From NCBI RefSeq assembly GCF_009914755.1, contig NC_060933.1: a stretch of DNA of 64,000 nucleotides. One strand, written 5' to 3'. Below, one piece after another: positions 52,690-64,000 of the stretch. The stretch is from the human T2T-CHM13v2.0 reference genome, Homo sapiens. The notes under the pieces were generated by a model. The model saw nothing but the letters and a program-made list of their open reading frames with translations, was not told where the DNA came from and searched no databases. Both the position numbers and the translations under genes were made by a program. The number at the start of each line of letters is the position of its first letter. The stretch's first letter is position 1.

Positions 52690-53412
52690 CTAAGGGCTGC
52701 TTACTTAGTCTCCTTAGTTTCCACCAATCATTTTCCAGATTGCAACATCAGTGATCACTCTAAGCCACAACACTGACCGCTTCATTCCATTGCATATGCC
52801 CTTCCATGGCTCCCTATTGCCTTTGGGACAAAGTGAGAGCTCAGGGCTATAACCGAGGATCATTACATGCACCACCACCAGAGACTGGTTCCTCCCTACC
52901 AGAAGCCTCCTTTTTTACCATCCCCATTCACACTCCAGGCTCCAACCATAGTGAACAGCATGCAGAACTCCTAGCCTGACACGGTAATTCCTGCCACCAT
53001 GCCCTAGCAACTGCATTGGCTCAACTATGAACTACTTTCTTCTTCTATCTGCCTGACCTCTACCCATTTGTCAAGACAGAGCTCAGATACTGATCCATCA
53101 GGAACCCATCCTGAAAACAGTCATATCTCCCTCTGGAACAGGGTTAGACAACCCATCCTCTGGGTGCTGCAGCTCCTATGCTTGCCCCATGAACTCACAG
53201 ACCACGCTGAACTGTAAATGCCCATTTACTAATCTGTGTCCTCCACTGGCCTGGGACCTCATTAGGACCTGGACCTGTGTCTGCAAGAGAAGGCTAATAA
53301 CTGCTACTCTGCAGGGTATCATGAGGATTAAATGAGAAAATGTACATAAAGTGCCCAGCAACATGCCTGGCACATGAATGAGCATAATATATGTTGAATG
53401 AATAAATGAATG
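52690..53412 (+). mobile_element. L2 3' region plus MIR/L2 tail
   Basis: 'ccttccatggctccctattgcc'; 'gaggattaaatgagaaaatgtacataaagtgcccagc'. Confidence 0.7.
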
Positions 53413-53544
53413 GGTGAGGATCACACCCCTTGAGATTATTCAGGAATCCAAGAAGAAAAAAGCAGGAGATTTTTCATCCAGAACATGGGATTTAAATGGT
53501 ATTGACAAACCAGATGTGTGTCCCTGGAAGGGAGATATCAGGAC

Positions 53545-54229
53545 TTATTATCCTCAGATTCAAAGCCCCCTTTGTGTAGAATTATTTTGCAACATCCCTT
53601 TTAGTATGATGAAATAAAATCCATGGATAGTATAGCCTACCTACATACTTTTTAAAAATCAATAAAATGTACTATAAAGATAAATAAAAGGAGACAACTT
53701 ATAACAAAATAATATATATATCAATAAGTAAATGTTCAGACATGACTACAAAGAAACCCTAAGTAATCAGATGTTTGCACCTCTTTCTAATGAGGAGGTT
53801 GGGACTGAAGAGACAGAAACCAATATTTAACTGAATATTGTTGACATATTTTCCTATCTATCTGACATTTTGAAATAAGGGCTAAATAAGTACCTTCCTA
53901 TATTTGTCACAACAAAGGCAGGCTGAGACAGGGGGATTGTATTGGTGTCTTCAATTCCACAGTGGCCTTGCCAACCTCTGCATGATTTTCTGAGATGGTG
54001 AACAATTCTTGATAAAATTTTGAACAAAACAAATTACAGTCTTTTCTTTTTCTACCCAGTAGTTTCATTCCTGGAAAGTTAAATGAATTTTAAAACTCTG
54101 CAGAAAATACTTTCTTTATATACATTCACTGATAGATAGACTGATTAGATAGATAGATAGATACAAATAGGTAGATAGACAGACAGACAGATAGATAGAT
54201 ACAAACAGGTAAGTAGATAGATGACAGAT

Positions 54230-54285
<56 letters not shown>

Positions 54286-54573
54286 CAGACAGATAGACAG
54301 ATAGACAGATAGATAAAGACAGAGAAAGTTCTAAGCATATATAAATGGATTTTTCACTTACACACATGTCCGGTAAGACATGTGAAAGTGTCATGGGGTT
54401 CAAATTGATTCTTTGTGACATGGAACTTCCTGGCACGAGGCAGTATAATGGACATCCCTGGCCCCCACCCACCAATTGCTAAGAGCTCTCTCAAATATTG
54501 AGACAATCAGAAAGACTCACATCTATAACCAAAATACCTAACAGAGGTAGCACTTCTCCCTTTGAGAACCACT
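53545..54573. mobile_element. Charlie4-like hAT DNA transposon relic containing the GATA STR
   Basis: 'atgattttctgagatggtgaacaattcttgataaaattttgaacaaaacaa'; terminus 'tttgagaaccact'. Confidence 0.6.
54131..54322. repeat. Complex (TAGA)/(CAGA) tetranucleotide STR with a pure (TAGA)14 core at 54230-54285
   Basis: Read directly. Confidence 0.96.
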
Positions 54574-54934
54574 AGAAGTCTGGCTGAACCCAAGAACCCA
54601 TCAGGCTGGGTAGGACCATCAGGGACTCAGCCCAGTCCCCTTTCTCCTGGTGGAAAGCTCAGCTCAAACCTCCCAAATAGAGAGGCTTCAGAGGAGGCTG
54701 TGCAGCATGCAAGCTGGCACATTGGACAGACACCTGGGTGCACCATCCCAGCTGAGACAGGCTCCAAGGATAATGTTTGTAGAAGGGGCTGTGATAAAGA
54801 GAGGTTCACACGCCCCTAATGGCCTCCAGCTGCTGCCATCCACACTGTGCCTGTGGGTACAGCCAAACCAGACTGGACCATGGGCTTCCTTCCCAGGCTG
54901 AATCCAAATCGAGCTCAGCCACTGGCTCCCTGCA

Positions 54935-55090
54935 GCCAAAATTCTTAGTGTAGAGGCAAGAGACTTCAGTTCTAGTCTCAACTCTGCTGCCGACCTGCTA
55001 TGTGACCTGGGCAAGGCACTTTACTTCTCTGGGCCCCACTTCCCCCTCTGTTATGAGAGTTAGAAAAGATTCTCTTCCCTGCCCTGAAAG
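54935..55090 (+). mobile_element. MIR
   Basis: 'tgctatgtgacctgggcaaggcactttacttctctgggcc'. Confidence 0.8.
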
Positions 55091-55719
55091 TTTATGTTAC
55101 CAGAAAAGAAGCATCAAAATAGAAAAGAAATGCTCAATTCAAGTGACTTTTGAAAGTATATCCTAGTAAAACTGCTGCCAGTACACTTTCAGGAATATAA
55201 ATGGGTCATTTTGTAATCAGCACATTAATTGCTTGCATTCTAATGATCCAGCACTCAGTGCATTAAAAGAAGGCTGAAACCAGACTGCAAGGGATGAGGT
55301 AGACAACAGCCTGAGCAGAGTAAAAGGGCAGCTGAAAGCCCAGAGGCATAAAATTGGACAGATAAAATGAAACCTGTATTTAAAGAGCCTTGAGTGCTAG
55401 CCTTAAATTAGAAGCTTGAGTATTATGAAGCAGACATTGGAAGGAACAACGGTGCTGGGAGAGGAGTGGCAACAGGGATATGGTTAGAGTCTGGGACTCA
55501 GTGAGCAAGGTGGAAAATGGGGACAGGATCAGGGCTAGGAGGCCAGGTAGGTACATGGAAGACAGGTGCTCCTTTGTCCCTCCCCTTGGTCAGACTTCCC
55601 AATGGTAGTCCTGAGAGAGGGTGGTCATTCCTGATCCTCCCCCCTCATGTGGAATCCACGCCTGGAAAACCAGGAAGGAAAGGGACCTGGCTTTTCTTTT
55701 TCCTTTGGAACTGGGTTTA

Positions 55720-56660
55720 ATTAACTACCTTCTGGATGCAAGTACTAGGCTGAAAGTTTCACATAATTACAGCATTGATGCCACATGGCACTCTTAGGGT
55801 AAATGTCATGATCCTCACTCTACACACAAGGCCCCAGGTTGTGAACTAACCTTTTCAGTTACTCGGCTTGTGGGTGCTAGATCCGGATGTCAAAACCAGG
55901 TGTTTCTGACTTATTCATTCATTAATTCATTCCATAACTATGTCTTGGGAGTTTCCTACATGCCTGGCACTGGAACAAGCTCTCTGCTCTCCCAAAACTT
56001 ACATTTTCATGGTGGAAGACAGAAAATCCACAAGCAAACTAATACGTTCATGAGATTACTTAAAATAGCAAGAAGTAATAACAGAAAATAAAACCAGATA
56101 AAGGCATAGAGGTGGGGAAGGGGGACTAACTCTAGTTGGGGGCTAAGGGGGGAGTGCCAGTGAGCAAGTGACAGGTGGGTGGGCTGAGACCTAAAAATTA
56201 AAGAAAATTAATGATGAAAAGATCTGTGGGAAGAGGATTCCAGGCAGAGGGACTAACAGGAGCAGTGGCCTTGAGATAAAAAGGACCCATTTGAGGAAGA
56301 CAGAGAAGACGTGGCCCTTGCTCACTGCAGGTCAGAAGAGGTGAGCAGACATGGATTGTGCATGGTCTCTTGAGTTGGATAGAGTTGGATTTTTTCCTAA
56401 CAAGCAGCCATTGGATGATTTTTTTTTAAATAAAGAGAGCCATGATCTAATTTACATTTTATAAGACAGTAGACATAGAGTACCAACAGTTGAGGCCAGG
56501 AGACCAGTTAAGGTGTTACTGCAGCTGTCTGAGGAGAGGAGAGAATGCCTTGGACTAGGCTGCTAGCAGCTAAGCTGGAAGCCACAGACAGGATGGGATG
56601 TAATTGGGCTCTGGCATCAACAAGACTTGACCACAGGTTGTATATGGGAGGTGAGGGAAA
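55720..56660 (-). mobile_element. MIR (about 55720-55910) and L2 (about 55910-56660)
   Basis: 'attcattcattaattcattcc', 'gaggccaggagaccagttaaggtgttactgcag'. Confidence 0.75.
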
Positions 56661-56999
56661 AGGAGAACCCTGAACTTTCTCTCTCTGCTTCCCACCCTGC
56701 CCCAGGTGGCCCTTGGAGGTCACCTGGCCATGTGGTGCTGGCTGGTCCTCACACGAGGGTCCACACTTTGTGGGCACTGGAGCTCATGCCCCACAGCAGC
56801 CCACGGGAGACTCCCAATATGATAGGAAATGCCTTTCCAGAGTGTGCTTTTTTCGTCTTCTAGTGAAATCTACTCCACATAGTTCCAATCCTCTGCTCTG
56901 GAGACCCAATAAGGAGAATCACTTCCTTTCCTCAGCACTCCCTCCACAGACTTTGAGACTTCATCCCCCTCCTGCTTTTTTGTGCCCCAAGAAATTGAT

Positions 57000-57384
57000 T
57001 CTATTAGTCTGTTTTCACATTGCTATAAAGAACTACCAGAGACTGGGTAATTTATTTTTAAAAAGAGGTTTAATTGGCTCACAGTTCCACAAGTTGTACA
57101 GGAAGCATGGCTGGAGAGACCTCAGGAAACTTACAATCATGGTGGAAGGTGAAGGGGAAGCAGGCATGTCTTACATGGCTGAAGCAGGAAGAAGAGAGAG
57201 AGAGGGGAGGTGCTACACACTTCTAAGCAACCAGATCTCGTAAGAACTCACTCACTATCATGACAGCAGCAAGGGGAAAGTCCTCCCCCGTGATCCAATC
57301 ACCTCCCACCAGGTACCTCCTCCAACAATGGGGATTACAATTCAACATGAGATTTGGGCGGGGACACAAATCCAAACCATATCA
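57000..57384 (-). mobile_element. MSTA MaLR solo LTR
   Basis: 'gaaggtgaaggggaagcaggcatgtcttacatggc'; ends 'ccaaaccatatca'; TSD ttgat/tggat. Confidence 0.9.
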
Positions 57385-59675
57385 TGGATGTTCTCTCTTG
57401 AGGCCAGTGGAAGGACTCCCGCATGCTGGCATTTGCTGGTGTTCCTGCTTCTTATGTCATTTGTCTTTGTCTCTCTCTCTCTTCCCTCACAGCCACATCC
57501 CCCACCCATTCACTAAACACACATGCACACACACACACCCTCCACATGCACATAAACATACATGCACCCATGGATCGCTGTAATGATAGGATTGATGCTC
57601 CCTTTTTGTGCTCATCTCAAGCTGTGTCCCTGCTGCCTGTCTAGGTTCTGAAGTTTCCAGGAGGAAAAATTGAGGAATGGAATCCATTGTGTCTGAGCTG
57701 ATCACAAAGCAGGAACTCACCAGTACTGGAGCACAAAGGCCCCAGCTGACAGCTTCCCAGAAGGGAGTCTGTGAACAAGAAGATGGCATTGGACCATGGG
57801 ATTCTCTCCTCCCACTCCTCAAATTTTTGGGACGGGTTGACAAGATGCGCTTCTTTTCCTAAATGGGTTTATCTCAGCTTGTCAGCTTCAGATGTGAACC
57901 ACCCCCATTTAAGGACTATTTCCAGCCAATTACATCCCCTTTACCATAAAGCACTAGAGAAATTAACAGAGACTAACGGACTTAAGCAGCCCCCAATGGC
58001 AAGACCAATGCAAATGACAAGGAAGATCCAGAACTACCCGCCTTTTCTCCCTATTTTCTCCCCTGTCAGTAATTTCTTCTGTTAGCTGAAAATCCCTATT
58101 TAGCCAGCCTGCAATTCCTATTTTAGCAGGGCCAGCCAAGAGCACCCCAGGGAAAATCACCAGTGGGAGAAAAGGGCCTTTTGAAGATTAAACATGAGCA
58201 AAAAGGGAGAGGCTTTGAACATTGATGGAGGTTCTGGGCTTCCAACTCCAGCTGCAGCTGCAGATCTCACTGAAAAATAAATAGGCAAAGGGGAGAGAGA
58301 TGGAAGAAGTAACCACTACAAGGATTAGAGGAATTTAGATACTGCAGAAGTGCAAAGAAAAAATGAGCATCAGGAACCCAAATGATTTGTCTGGGCTCTG
58401 TTTTTCCGTATGACCTTGGATTGGTCAGTACATCTCTCTGGGCCTTTTTCTTTCAATATATGCTGGTTGATAAATATTTTAGGCTGTGCACAGTGCTGGG
58501 TACTAGGGATAGATTCCAAGAAAACAAGATGAAGACCCTACTCTCCAGAAGCTCACATCCTGTGGGAAAGCCAGGAAAACAGACAATTACAACACAATGT
58601 GACAAGTGCAATGATGCCCATTCCCCATCTACAAAATCAGCAGCTTAACCTACAAAATGATGGCAATGGTAGCAATAAGTAATGTCTGTTGAGCTCCTGG
58701 TCCTCCTGGATGATTGGCATCTCCCTGGCCTCCCACTGCCATGAGCAGGAGTAAAGCAGGAGCCCCAGAGCTCTGGGATTCCTGGCATGGTCTTAACCCT
58801 TTCTCCCTCCTCCCTCGATCCCTCAGGACCCAGATGCACCGTCACTGTATGCCTTAGGAACCCGAAATATAATCCCATCATGCCCTGAATCGTGGTTCAC
58901 ATCAGTCACCCCAAGAAGCCAAGGGTTTCCAGGGATTGCCCCTTTTGGGGACTTTTATCCCCACTGGGCTCTATATCCCTACTCTCTCCAATGCTTCAAA
59001 ACCTCCCACCATGCTCTCTGCAATCCCTTCTACTCTCAACTACACTTCTTCAGAGAACATTTGCTTTCTGGCTTCAAATGAAATCTGACTCTCCCTGGGG
59101 ACCCTCTGCTCCCTCAGCTCCCTCAAGAGCACCTGTTTTCTCTCCCACACGCCTGCTGTTGCTCATACTGCTCCTCCCTACTCCTCCCTGATGCTCTCGG
59201 GACATTGTTCCCTCCCCAAAACTTCCACCTTTGAAGCTCATCCCATCACATTAGAGCAACCATTACCCTCTCCTTTTCTTGGTCATCTTCAGGCTTGCAG
59301 GAGGTCACTGACCCTTGGCGCATAGAGATTCTCTCTTCTGAGTCACTGTCACTCTCTTCAACACAGACTTTGTTTCAATATCTATATAGATGTCCTCCCA
59401 AAAGCCTGGTCTATCATTCTTTGACTTCCTCTCATCCAAAAGCCACACCTCAGTCACTCACCTTTGTGGTCACACTGTGTAACTTATCATTACAAGAACT
59501 GTTTTCATTCCATAACTCAGTTTCAAGCATCCCACACTCTGACCTCTGTTCACTCAGAGGTCAATGATTCTTTGACCTCACTGGGTCCTAGGGTTCATTG
59601 ATTCTGCCATATTTTCACTGCCCTTTATTCCATATGTTCCCACTTCCCACTTTGCCCAACCAAGAGGTCACAGTC

Positions 59676-59717
59676 CATCATCATTACGACCACCACCACC
59701 ACCATCATTATCATCAT
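59676..59717. repeat. (CAT/CAC)n trinucleotide tract
   Basis: Read directly; source of the poly-His ORF. Confidence 0.85.
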
Positions 59718-59729
59718 GTTGCGTTACCC

Positions 59730-60716
59730 TGTTGGCAGTTTGTATTTTCTAAAAACTGGTCTCAACAGTATCTCCCATCTCACATGCACTTTGTATGCAT
59801 GTGCATCTCACATTGCCTTCTTATGTGACTTTGACACCCCTCCCATTGAGAGGTGAGTCTGTGCTTCCTCCTTTTGATTCTAGATGGGGCTATGACTATG
59901 GCATAAGTGATATCAAGGTAAGTCATAAAAGACAAGAGAGCTTCTGCCTCTTTCTTGGAACCCAGCCACCACACCAGGAGAGGCCCATGTGGAGAAGAAT
60001 GAAAGCCCTCAGCCCTCAGCTCCAGCTCACAGATGCCAAGCAGAACCAACCTGCCAACCACGTGATTCACCATCTGCATTAGTCCCCTAGGGCTGCTGTA
60101 TTAAAATACAGCAAACTGGGGTGGCCCTTAAAACAACACAAATTTATTCTGCCACAGTTCTGGAGACTAAAAGTCCAAAATCAAAGTGTCAGCAAGACCA
60201 CACTCCTTTGGAGGCTCTAGAGGACAATCTGTTCTTTGTGTCTTCCAGCTTCTGGTCCTATAGGCATTCCTCAACTTGTAGCTATATGACTCCTATCTCC
60301 TCCCTGTGGTCACATTGCCTCTACCTCTTCTGTATGTCAAATCTCCCTCTGCTTGTCTCTTATAGGACACTTGTGATTGTGTTTAAGAGTCACCTGGATA
60401 ATCCAGGCTAACTGCCCCATCTCAATATCCTTAACTTTAATTATAGCTGCAAAGACCCCTTTTCCAAATAATGTAGCATTTACAGGTTCTAGGGATTAAG
60501 ATCCTATATCTTTGGGGGCCATTATCAACCTGCTAGACTGTCTTAAAAGTGAATCCTCCATTTTCCGGTTAAACCATCCCAGCTGAGCTGAGACAAGCTG
60601 TTCCTACCAAAGCCCTGCCAAAAATTAAAGATTCACAACCAAAATGAACAATTATTGTTATTTTAAGCCACCAAATGTTGCAGTGGTTTGTTACACTGCA
60701 ATAGATAACAGATACA
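59730..60716 (+). mobile_element. MLT1H-like LTR split by an MLT1C
   Basis: 'ggcagtttgtattttctaaaaa...cccattgagaggtgagtct'; end 'gcaatagataacagataca'; flanks accc(t). Confidence 0.78.
60075..60537 (-). mobile_element. MLT1C-like LTR nested in MLT1H
   Basis: 'attagtcccctagggctgctgt...cacctggataatccagg'; TSD ccatc/ctgtc. Confidence 0.85.
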
Positions 60717-61514
60717 ACCCTCACCTTCCTCATTCCTTTCTTGCCTCATTACCCTTGCTGGCTTTATCCAGCTCTCCCCCTGCTCTCAACCTGGACCCAG
60801 CAGGCAAAAGTGATAAGAGGGAAACACACAACCCTACTGACTCTGCCCAGTCTAAATACACAGCCATTAAGCTCAAGCAGGCCCTGTGGCCTCCCAGCCA
60901 ACCAATGACATTGTCCCAGTAAGAATCACTCCCTGCTCTCCCAGTTGGTCATTTCACCCCTTGTTTCTACTCATATCTTCACTGCCTCCTCCCCAGCCTC
61001 AGTCTCAGATGATATCCTTGATTCCTATTTCATGAAGACCATAGAAGCAATCAGAAGAGAAGTCTCATGGTTTCTCCACCACATCTGCCAACCACGCCCA
61101 TCCACACTCACTGCTTTCCCTCCTACTCCCATGGATGACCTTCCTATGCTCCAGCCTCCCCACGTGTCCACTGATCCTATCCTCAAAGACACCACTCGGT
61201 CTCCCTGTCTCCTGCATCGTCATTTCTAACCTCTCTGCTGAATCATTCTCATCAATGCTAGACATGTTTTATTTTTCCCATTCCTCTCTAGCTACCATCC
61301 ATTTTTTCTCCTTTAAAATAAAAGAATGGTTTATACTCAGTCTCTAATGCCTTTCCTCCCATTTTCTCTTGAACCCACTCTAATCAGACTTCACACCCCC
61401 ACCCATTTTACTGAAAACAATGCTTGTCAAGGTCACCCATGATACTCTCCACCCACAACATTGCCAAAGTCGAGATCTTTCATCGGTCCTGGTCTTCCTT
61501 AACCCATCAGCAAT

Positions 61515-61963
61515 GATATTAGTTTCCTAGGGGTGCCGTAACAAATTACTTTGTTGAAGGTAACTTCAACAAAAGAAATGTATCTGTAACAGTTCCGGAG
61601 GCTAGAAATCCAAAATCCAGGTTTCAGCAGGACCATGCTCCCTCTGAAGGCTCTGGGGAAGATCTTTCCTTGCATCTTCCAGCTTCTAGTAGCTCCTGGC
61701 TTTTCTTGGCATTTGTTGGCTTGTAGCTGAATCACCCCAATCTCTCCACCTGTCTCTGTCCTCGCACGGCCTTCTTCCCTTTGTGTCTCTGCGTGTCCTC
61801 TCTTCTTATAAGAAAAATAGTTGTTGGAGTTAGGGTCCACCCTAATCTGGTATGACCTTATCTTAACTAATTACATCTGAAAAGATTCTATTTCTAAAAA
61901 AGATTACATTGTGAGGTTCCTGGTAAACATGATTTTAGGGGAAACACTGTCCAACTCACTACA
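61515..61963 (-). mobile_element. MLT1B/C LTR nested in L2
   Basis: 'attagtttcctaggggtgccgtaacaaatta...caactcactaca'; TSD gcaat/gcaac. Confidence 0.85.
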
Positions 61964-62547
61964 GCAACATTTAGCAGAGTTGATCATTCCTTCTAAGAAA
62001 CACGTCTTTCTCTTTGCTCCCACGACACCACGCTCTCTGGGCTTTCCTCCACACCAGTGAGCACTCCTTCTCAGTCTCCTTTGCTGGTGGCTCCTCATTT
62101 CAGCCCTCAGAGGCCTTCTCTTTCCTACTCACTCTTCTTTTCCATGTGATCTTGTCTAACCTCATGTCTTCAAATCTCATCCACATGCTGACAACTCCAA
62201 AATTCCTTCCTCCAGCCTCAAGCTCTCTCCTAACATCTATCTTGGATGTTTAGGGGCATCTCAAACCTGATATGTCTCAAACCAAACTTCTAATTATCTC
62301 CACAGCTTTAAAAAAAAATAAACTAAAATGCTGTTCCATCCATAGAGTCTCTCTTCTCAGTAATTGGCAACTCTAACCTTCTTTTTCTCAGGTCATAAAA
62401 TTTAAAGTCATTCTTGATTGTCTTTTCTCACACATTACCTCCAACTGGACACAAATTCTGTTGATATTTACCTTCAAAATGTATCCCATATTCAACCACT
62501 TCTCACAACCCCACTGATGGTCCAACCCACCATCATCTTGCTCAGAG

Positions 62548-62754
62548 CAGGGATCAGCTAAATTCAGCCCACCACCTATTTTTGAAAATAAAGTTTTATT
62601 GGAACACAACCACATCCATTTGTTTACATGTCATCTGTGACTACTTTTACATTCCAAGGGCAGAACTGAGTAATTGCAGCAGAGACCACATGGCCCTCAA
62701 AACGGAAAATATTTACTCTCTGTTCCTTCACAAAAAAATATTTACCAATCCTTG
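62548..62754 (+). mobile_element. MER58A hAT-Charlie MITE nested in L2
   Basis: 'aaataaagttttattggaacacaaccac...gcagagaccacatggccc...aaaatatttactctc'; caggg...cttg termini. Confidence 0.85.
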
Positions 62755-63308
62755 GCCTAGATTATTACAATCATAGGTCCTTCTATTTTCACCCTTGTCC
62801 CCACTGTAGCTGATTCTTAACCCAGCAGGCAGAGTGATGGCTTTTAAGCCATCAGACTCTATCACTTCCCTGCTCAGAACTCTTCACTACCCGCTGCGCT
62901 CACTCGCCCCACCTCACCTGATATTGCAGCACTAACCCCAGCTACCCCTCTGTCTTTATCTGCAGCTACTTTCTGCCTCAAATTTCTCCAGCCACAGCAG
63001 ACATGTCCCTGTTTTTAGGACACTCCAGACATCATTTCCCTTTGTGGTCATTGCCTTTTCTATTCTTTCATCCTCACCAAGCTCACTTGCACAACTCTCA
63101 TGTCCTCGGGAGACCTCCCCAGCTCACCCTGTATCAAATAGAGCCATCCCACAAGCACTCACTACCCTTCTTAATCTGCTGCATTTCTCTCCAAAGAACT
63201 TATTGCCATCACCAAAATATACATTCTCTTAGTTATTTGATCATGACTTGTCTTGCCTTCTTGCTGTCAGGCATTCTGAAAGATACACACTGTTGTATCC
63301 TGAGTACT

Positions 63309-63346
63309 TAGCTGTGTCTGGAACATAGTAGCTGTGTCTGGAACAT
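63309..63346. repeat. Tandem duplication, period 20 (tagctgtgtctggaacat x2)
   Basis: Identical 18-mers at 63309-63326 and 63329-63346. Confidence 0.95.
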
Positions 63347-63584
63347 TCAATGTGTTGAATGAATGACTAAAAGAATGAATGCTCAAATCCCAGTCTCTGT
63401 GCTAAGCCAATGACATGCGTTGGATCACTGACCGCATGACAGCCCCATGCAATAGGCATTGAGGCTCAGAGCTCAAGGACACCCATCCAGGTCTAAAAGT
63501 CAAGTGTAACACCAAAGCCCACTGCCCTAACCACCTCCACCTCCTAAAATTTTGCTGGTCTTTACATTTTAGAAAATATTTTAA

Positions 63585-63700
63585 TATACATGTTCATATT
63601 TCTAGCAACTCAAGTGTTCATTGATGGATGAATAGATAAGCAAGATGTGGTATATGCCTATAATACAATGTTATTTGGCCTTAAAAAGGAAGGAAATTCT
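63585..63700 (+). mobile_element. L1M fragment
   Basis: 'ttgatggatgaatagataagcaagatgtggtatatg...ttaaaaaggaaggaaattct'. Confidence 0.75.
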
Positions 63701-63815
63701 GGACCAGGCACAGGGGCTCATGCCTGTAATCCCAGCAATTTGGGAGGCCGAGGCGGGTGGATCACGAGGTCAGGAGTTCAAGACCAGCCTGGCCAAGATG
63801 GTGAAACCCCGTCTC
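63701..63815 (+). mobile_element. AluS (Sg-like) left arm only, 3'-truncated
   Basis: Alu left arm stops at 'aaaccccgtctc' with no A-linker, right arm or TSD. Confidence 0.88.
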
Positions 63816-63884
63816 ACCATAATTTTTAAAAATTCAAAAAGAATCCATATTTCTTTCTCATTACAAACTCTCAAGGGGGTATAG

Positions 63885-64000
63885 GCTCTCCAGTTTTCAG
63901 AAGAGAAATGAGAGGTTCAGAAAGTGAGGTGGGCCAGGCCAGGGCTGCTGGAGGCAGCACCTTGAACCCAGGTCCCTCCTGCCTCTCGTTTCCACAGTGC
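63885..64000 (-). mobile_element. MIR fragment
   Basis: 'cagttttcagaagagaaatgagaggttcaga...cttgaacccagg'. Confidence 0.65.

Larger units (their letters stand above)
58900..63382 (+). mobile_element. Long L2 (L2a-like) running from the ORF2 endonuclease region to the 3' tail, with four nested elements
   Basis: 59068-59155 resembles the L2 EN 'LALTETWLSP...FSHTP' region; 'gaagcaatcagaagagaa', 'gaacccactctaatcagacttc', tail 'gttgaatgaatga'. Confidence 0.75.

Noticed and set aside
54116-54475. ORFs with (YLSI)n repeats, or a CRISPR-like array
   Set aside because: Translation of the GATA microsatellite; there is no repeat-spacer structure.
56713-57243. Longest ORF (176 aa)
   Set aside because: TTG start, and the C-terminal half is antisense MSTA LTR sequence.
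59598-59828. Poly-histidine ORF
   Set aside because: Translation of a (CAT/CAC)n tract at an L2/MLT1H boundary.

Overview
This 64 kb window is mammalian, almost certainly primate or human, non-coding DNA (intergenic or deep intronic). It is CpG-poor and made largely of interspersed repeats: many MIR and L2 relics, L1PA/L1PB/L1M fragments, six Alus, a dozen or more solo LTRs (MaLR, ERVL, ERV1) and several hAT/Tc2 DNA-transposon fossils. I found no credible host protein-coding exon, RNA gene, CpG island or CRISPR array. The only ORFs with recognisable protein similarity are broken L1 ORF2 pieces. I found no previously undescribed biological system. The features worth a second look are: three 5'-inverted (twin-primed) L1 insertions with readable target-site duplications (TSDs); two L1s with apparent very short 3' transductions; several multi-level nested insertions; an unusually long L2 reaching its endonuclease region; and several repeat-free islands rich in homeodomain, PBX-HOX, MEIS, FOX or SOX motifs that look like developmental enhancers. 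Repeat subfamily names come from recalled consensus sequences and need RepeatMasker/Dfam confirmation. Boundaries of old MIR/L2/L1M relics are approximate, and not every small relic is listed.
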